A DNA stretch of 54,418 nucleotides from Prorocentrum cordatum (taxonomy: Eukaryota): the NCBI GenBank assembly GCA_963575745.1, contig CAUYUJ010000242.1, positions 62,001-116,418 on the forward strand. The letters are read 5' to 3'. The translations under genes were made by a program, and so were the position numbers. Under the pieces are notes generated by a model that had not been told where the DNA came from, searched no databases, and saw only the letters and a list, made by a program, of their open reading frames with translations. Shown here piece by piece: positions 50,201 through 54,418 of the stretch; within the stretch, counting starts at the first letter, position 1, and the number at the start of each line of letters is the position of its first letter.

Positions 50201-50599
50201 AAGAAAACGCTTCGATTATATAACCACTCACTGCGTGGAGCTCCCCATCTGTACATTTATATGCATGGACCATTCCGCCGTGAGTGCCTAGGCGCAGGGT
50301 TTTCGAATACAAACGGGGATGAGTATTGACAAGTCGGGAGTAGATATACTTGTGAATGAGTTGAAGTGTGAATGAGTCTTAGTGGTACGGGTAATTCAAC
50401 GTGCATGGGTCTGAGCATGTCTAAGCTTGGGATGGATGTACTTGCGTGCCAGAGGCTTGAGCACGGCTCAGCGTGACTGAGTCGAATTGGCAATTGGGTT
50501 GCTCATGCAACCGCCGTGCGCAACCCTTGCGCCTTGTGGGCTGGTCCAGAAGATTCCACGGATTGGCTGGACCGTGATACATCCAGCCGCGCCACGGAG

Positions 50600-51760
50600 A
50601 GGAGAGGCCCAATCTATAGGAGCACACGGACAACACAGGATAGGAACCACCGGAGAGGGGCAATGTATAGGAACATAAGTAGGACATCGAGGGTTCGTGC
50701 AACAGGAGAGGCCCAATCTGTAAGAGCGTGCGGAAACATTCGGGATTGGAGAGGGGCACTCTATAGGAACAGTATAGGAACAGACATAACATGCAACAGA
50801 CCACCGCCCCAGGAGGAGCCCAATCTATAAGAACATACGCGAAACACTTAGGACATGAGCTACATAATGGGGGCATTCTATAGGAGCATATATAAACACA
50901 CACACACACGCACTAGGATTCGTGCCCAAGGAGAGGCCCAGTGACTGGGCCTCCCCTTGGGCACATATGATCCTATAGACTGGGCCCCAGTCTATAGGAA
51001 CATTTGTAAAACACATAGCAGTGGAGCTGGCCTCCTGGGGCCTCCTGGGGCATCCTTTGGATTCCTATAATGTCCTGAGGCCTGTCTGGGGCCTCCTGGA
51101 AATCCTGGGGCCTCCTGGGGCCTCCTGGGGCTTCCTGGGGCTTTTGTTCCTCCTGGGGCATCCTGGGGCCTCTTTGGGCCTGTTGGGGAGGATTCGTGCC
51201 CCAGGAGATGCCCGATCTGTAGGAATAGATGTAAAACACAGCGGATTGGAACCACAGGAAAGTGACACACTATAGGAACATGTTTAAAACATACCATATT
51301 CGCTCACCAGGAGAGGCCCAATATCTAGAAAAAGGCCGGAAACATGAAGGATTGAGGCCACAGCAGACGGGCAATCTATACGTTTTCGTGCCCCACGAGC
51401 AGCCACACCTATAGGAACATCGTACATGTGGCTTGTTGGGGTCTCCTGGGGCTTCCTGGAGCCTCGTGGGGCCTCCTGGGGCCTCCTGGGGCCTCCTGAT
51501 GCCTCCTGCGGCGTCCTGGGGCTTCCTGGAAACTCTTGGGGCCTCCTGGGGCCTCCTGGTGCCTTCTGTGACTTCCTGGGGCCTCCTGTGGCCTCCTGGA
51601 GCCTCCTCGGGTTTCCTGTGGAGGTTTCGTGACCCAGGAGAGGCCCAATCTATCCGAACACGTGTAAGACGCAGGATTTTTGTTTCGGGAGAGGGGCAAA
51701 CTATAGGAACACGCGCAACACACAAAGGATCCGTGCCCCAGGAGAGGCCCGAATCTAAAG
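50600..51760 (+). repeat. Degenerate satellite with a GGAGAGGCCCAATCTATAGGAACA motif
   Basis: The motif recurs more than 10 times at 50-110 bp spacing. Confidence 0.75.
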
Positions 51761-51816
51761 AAGCATACGTCAAACAGATGGAGCCACAATATGTAAAGAC
51801 ACACAGCGCAGCCGAG

Positions 51817-52510
51817 GCTGGCCACCAAAACAGGCAAACCGCCAGAGACGTGATGCAGTCTTGGCCACCCTGGTTTGAGAGAACAAGCGCCTAGCCAGAG
51901 ACATCCTCAAAGTCTGCTCCGACAGCTGAGGATGTTGGGCTGGTAAGCTGGCAAACCGCTCGAAACATCTCCGCGATCTGATCACGAACGGAGGAGTGAG
52001 GTGCCCCCCCTGGCGGCTCCCTCTTTCGGGTGTTGCCAGAAGTGCCCCTGGCCCAAGGTGCCCCCCAGGATCCCCGAGGAGGTCCCCATGGCCTCCAGAG
52101 CAGCCCTCACGAGGCCTATGGGGGCCCCAGGGGCTCGAACATGAGGCGACACAGCTGGGGGCACCTTGGGCCAGGGGCACCTCGAGCAGCCCCCGACTCC
52201 TAGGTGTGTTGACGCTAGCGCCTCGCCCGAGGCATCTTCCGAGTCCGCTCTGGACGCAAACCAGTCTGGCCACCAAAGCAGGCACACACCGCCAGAGGCA
52301 GTCTTGCAATCTGCCCCCCCAGGGGGTGCGAAGGCAGGCGCCTCGCGTGAAGCGTCCTCGAAGGCTGCTCCGAGCGCGGAGGATGTTGGGTCGGTGAACA
52401 GGCAAACCGCTCGAGACATCCCCGCAATCTGGGGGTCGAGCGGAGGAGTGACATACCCCCTGGCGGCCACCCAGAGGGTGTTCAGACCAGCGCCTCGCCC
52501 GGGACATTCT
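51817..52510 (+). repeat. Diverged tandem duplication, period ~449 bp
   Basis: ctggccaccaaa.caggca..ccgccagag...gaggatgttggg...ggcaaaccgctcga.acatc...cggaggagtga at 51817 and 52266. Confidence 0.75.
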
Positions 52511-52552
52511 CAAATGTTGCTCCGTCGTCATCATCATTATCATCAGCATCAG

Positions 52553-52697
<145 letters not shown>

Positions 52698-52792
52698 TAG
52701 TGTTTTTTTTGTTCCGAGTATTCTTCGCAAGTACCCGAATTCCCAATACATACAGCGTTCCTGCCACCATCTCTTACGCATAGCGTCAATCG

Positions 52793-54418
52793 ATGCATCT
52801 TGCCACGATGATCCGCGCGGGCTGCTTGGCGGCCTGCGCTGCCGTGGCGAGCGGGCTCGCGATGCAGCGTCGTTCAGCCCACTCGGTCTTCTTTCTGGGA
52901 TCTTCTGTGGACAGGTACGCAGTGGCGGATTTCTGTGGGACCGACGGTAAGAAATTTTACAGATTGAGTTGCGTAAACGAGGAACGGGATCTCGCCGTGG
53001 GCTATGCCGCTCACCCTGGAGTGGGCATTCATGGTGATTTCCATCCGCCTTTCTGGAACCACACGTATCCCATTGTCGAACATAGCGACGTGTCCAGTAG
53101 CCAGGAACTGCGCAAAGGGATCATGGGCATCATGAACATGAAGGGAGAGGAGCTCCCAGACATGATTGTGGTAGAAAGCTCCCTCTGGGATCTTTTCACC
53201 TGGGCTTCGTGGGGCGTCAAGAACGTGACGAAAGAGCGTCTGCACCAGTGGGGTCGCCGTGATTTGAAACATCTTATGGCTCGTGTGTCCGAGACGTTCC
53301 CTCAAAGCCGCATCGTCTTCAGAACTGCGCCTCGTGTTCACCATTCAGTGTTTCTTAACGTAATTCTCAAGGATGAGTTTCACAAATCCACGACTGTAAG
53401 CTATCCGGACGTCGCGGTGGTGTCTGTTCAGGCGATGGATTGGATGAAGCATGAAGTGGATAAGGAGATGCAAAATGGCAAGCTCTACGGCTTGTACGAG
53501 GTGGTGGACTATTACAAGATCATGAACGAGCTTATCGAAGAGCGCGGGTTCGTTCCGTCTTTGTGGATGAAGGATGGAACCCATCCGAGCATGGTGGCCT
53601 CCAGGCGCTACATGAATGCGATACTCCAGCTCATGCAGCTTCCAACGGTGAGCCAACAGGACTCGGGAAGGCGGGAGAAGCATTATGACCCCCGGACGTT
53701 CCGGTTCCGGTTCCGGTTCCGGTTCCGGTTCCGGTTGGGGATCATCCCAATCCATCATTTTTGCCGCCGGCAGCTCTGGGTTGGACGTTGCAGACATGCA
53801 GGAAAGTGCTGGTTCCGGTTCCGGTTCCGGTTCCGGTTCCGGTTCCGGTTCCGGTCGGGGATCATCCCAATCCATCATTTTTGCCGCCGGCAGCTCTGGG
53901 TTGGACGTTGCAGACATCCGCGAAAGTGCTGGTTCCGGTTCCCGTTCCGGTTCCGGTTCCGGTTCCGGTTCCGGTTGGGGATCACCCCGATCCATCATTT
54001 TTGCCGCCGGCAGCTCTGGGTTGGACATTGCAGACATGCAGGAAAGTGCTGGTTCCGGTTCCGGTTCCGGTTCCGGTTCCGGTTGGGGATCATCCCAATC
54101 CATCATCTTTGCCGCCGGCAGCTCTGGGTTGGACGTTGCAGACATGCAGGAAAGTGCTGGTTCCGGTTCCGGTTCCGGTTCCGGTTCCGGTTCCGGTTGG
54201 GGATCATCCCAATCCATCATTTTTTGCCGCCGGCAGCGCTGGGTTGGACGTTGGACGTTGCAGACATGCAGGAAAGTGCTGGTTCCGGTTCCGGTTCCGG
54301 TTCCGGTTCCGGTTGGGGATCATCCCAATCCATCATTTTTGCCGCCGGCAGCTCTGGGTTGGACGTTGCAGACATGCAGGAAAGTGGTGGTGGTCCGGTT
54401 CCGGTTCCGGTTCCGGTT
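52793..54418 (+). CDS. Intronless, probably secreted SGNH/GDSL-type hydrolase (esterase/O-acetyltransferase-like), retrogene, 3'-open
   Basis: The ORF is absent from the track because it has no stop before the window end. Hydrophobic N-terminus MHLATMIRAGCLAACAAVASGLA; VFFLGSSVDR (block I Ser); PDMIVVESSLWD (block III); IVFRTAP; DGTHP (block V DxxH). ~300 unique aa, then the frame runs into a tandem repeat. Confidence 0.85.
   Translation, partial: MHLATMIRAGCLAACAAVASGLAMQRRSAHSVFFLGSSVDRYAVADFCGTDGKKFYRLSCVNEERDLAVGYAAHPGVGIHGDFHPPFWNHTYPIVEHSDVSSSQELRKGIMGIMNMKGEELPDMIVVESSLWDLFTWASWGVKNVTKERLHQWGRRDLKHLMARVSETFPQSRIVFRTAPRVHHSVFLNVILKDEFHKSTTVSYPDVAVVSVQAMDWMKHEVDKEMQNGKLYGLYEVVDYYKIMNELIEERGFVPSLWMKDGTHPSMVASRRYMNAILQLMQLPTVSQQDSGRREKHYDPRTFRFRFRFRFRFRLGIIPIHHFCRRQLWVGRCRHAGKCWFRFRFRFRFRFRFRSGIIPIHHFCRRQLWVGRCRHPRKCWFRFPFRFRFRFRFRLGITPIHHFCRRQLWVGHCRHAGKCWFRFRFRFRFRLGIIPIHHLCRRQLWVGRCRHAGKCWFRFRFRFRFRFRLGIIPIHHFLPPAALGWTLDVADMQESAGSGSGSGSGSGWGSSQSIIFAAGSSGLDVADMQESGGGPVPVPVPV
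53698..54418 (+). repeat. Young tandem repeat, 108-120 bp x at least 6, with a variable (GGTTCC)n core
   Basis: The marker ggggatca occurs at 53737, 53857, 53977, 54085, 54199 and 54315. Confidence 0.95.

Noticed and set aside
53345..54220. Minus-strand 291-aa PEPEPE ORF as the gene at this locus
   Set aside because: Its unique part is the antisense of the SGNH CDS, which has the motifs, signal peptide and SL relic.

Overview
Eukaryotic, repeat-saturated genomic DNA that reads as dinoflagellate (inference; Prorocentrum-like). The evidence is GC-rich sequence, short introns with GT/GC/GA donors, trinucleotide microsatellites and a spliced-leader (DinoSL) relic. Most ORF-track entries are artefacts of microsatellites; the real genes are spliced. 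From 1 to 13.1 kb lies a block of co-oriented + strand spliced genes: an unknown gene, an apparently intact CACTA/Mirage/Chapaev (CMC)-type DDE transposase, a second unknown gene and a divergent C5 DNA-methyltransferase-like gene. The transposase-to-methyltransferase stretch is bracketed by inverted ATGAACT arrays. This is the best candidate for a new system: a DNA transposon carrying its own cytosine methyltransferase. From 14 to 33 kb are two decayed LINEs (one with a 3' extra ORF and a nested TSD-flanked retroposon), decayed intronless genes and a 90-bp minisatellite. From 34 to 52 kb are scattered candidate host exons, a 32-bp satellite with a ~1476-bp higher-order period and a nested fold-back element with CACTA-containing arms. 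From 52.7 kb to the end is an SL-relic-preceded intronless SGNH hydrolase retrogene that the ORF track misses. All exon models and family calls were made by eye and need RNA-seq/HMM confirmation.
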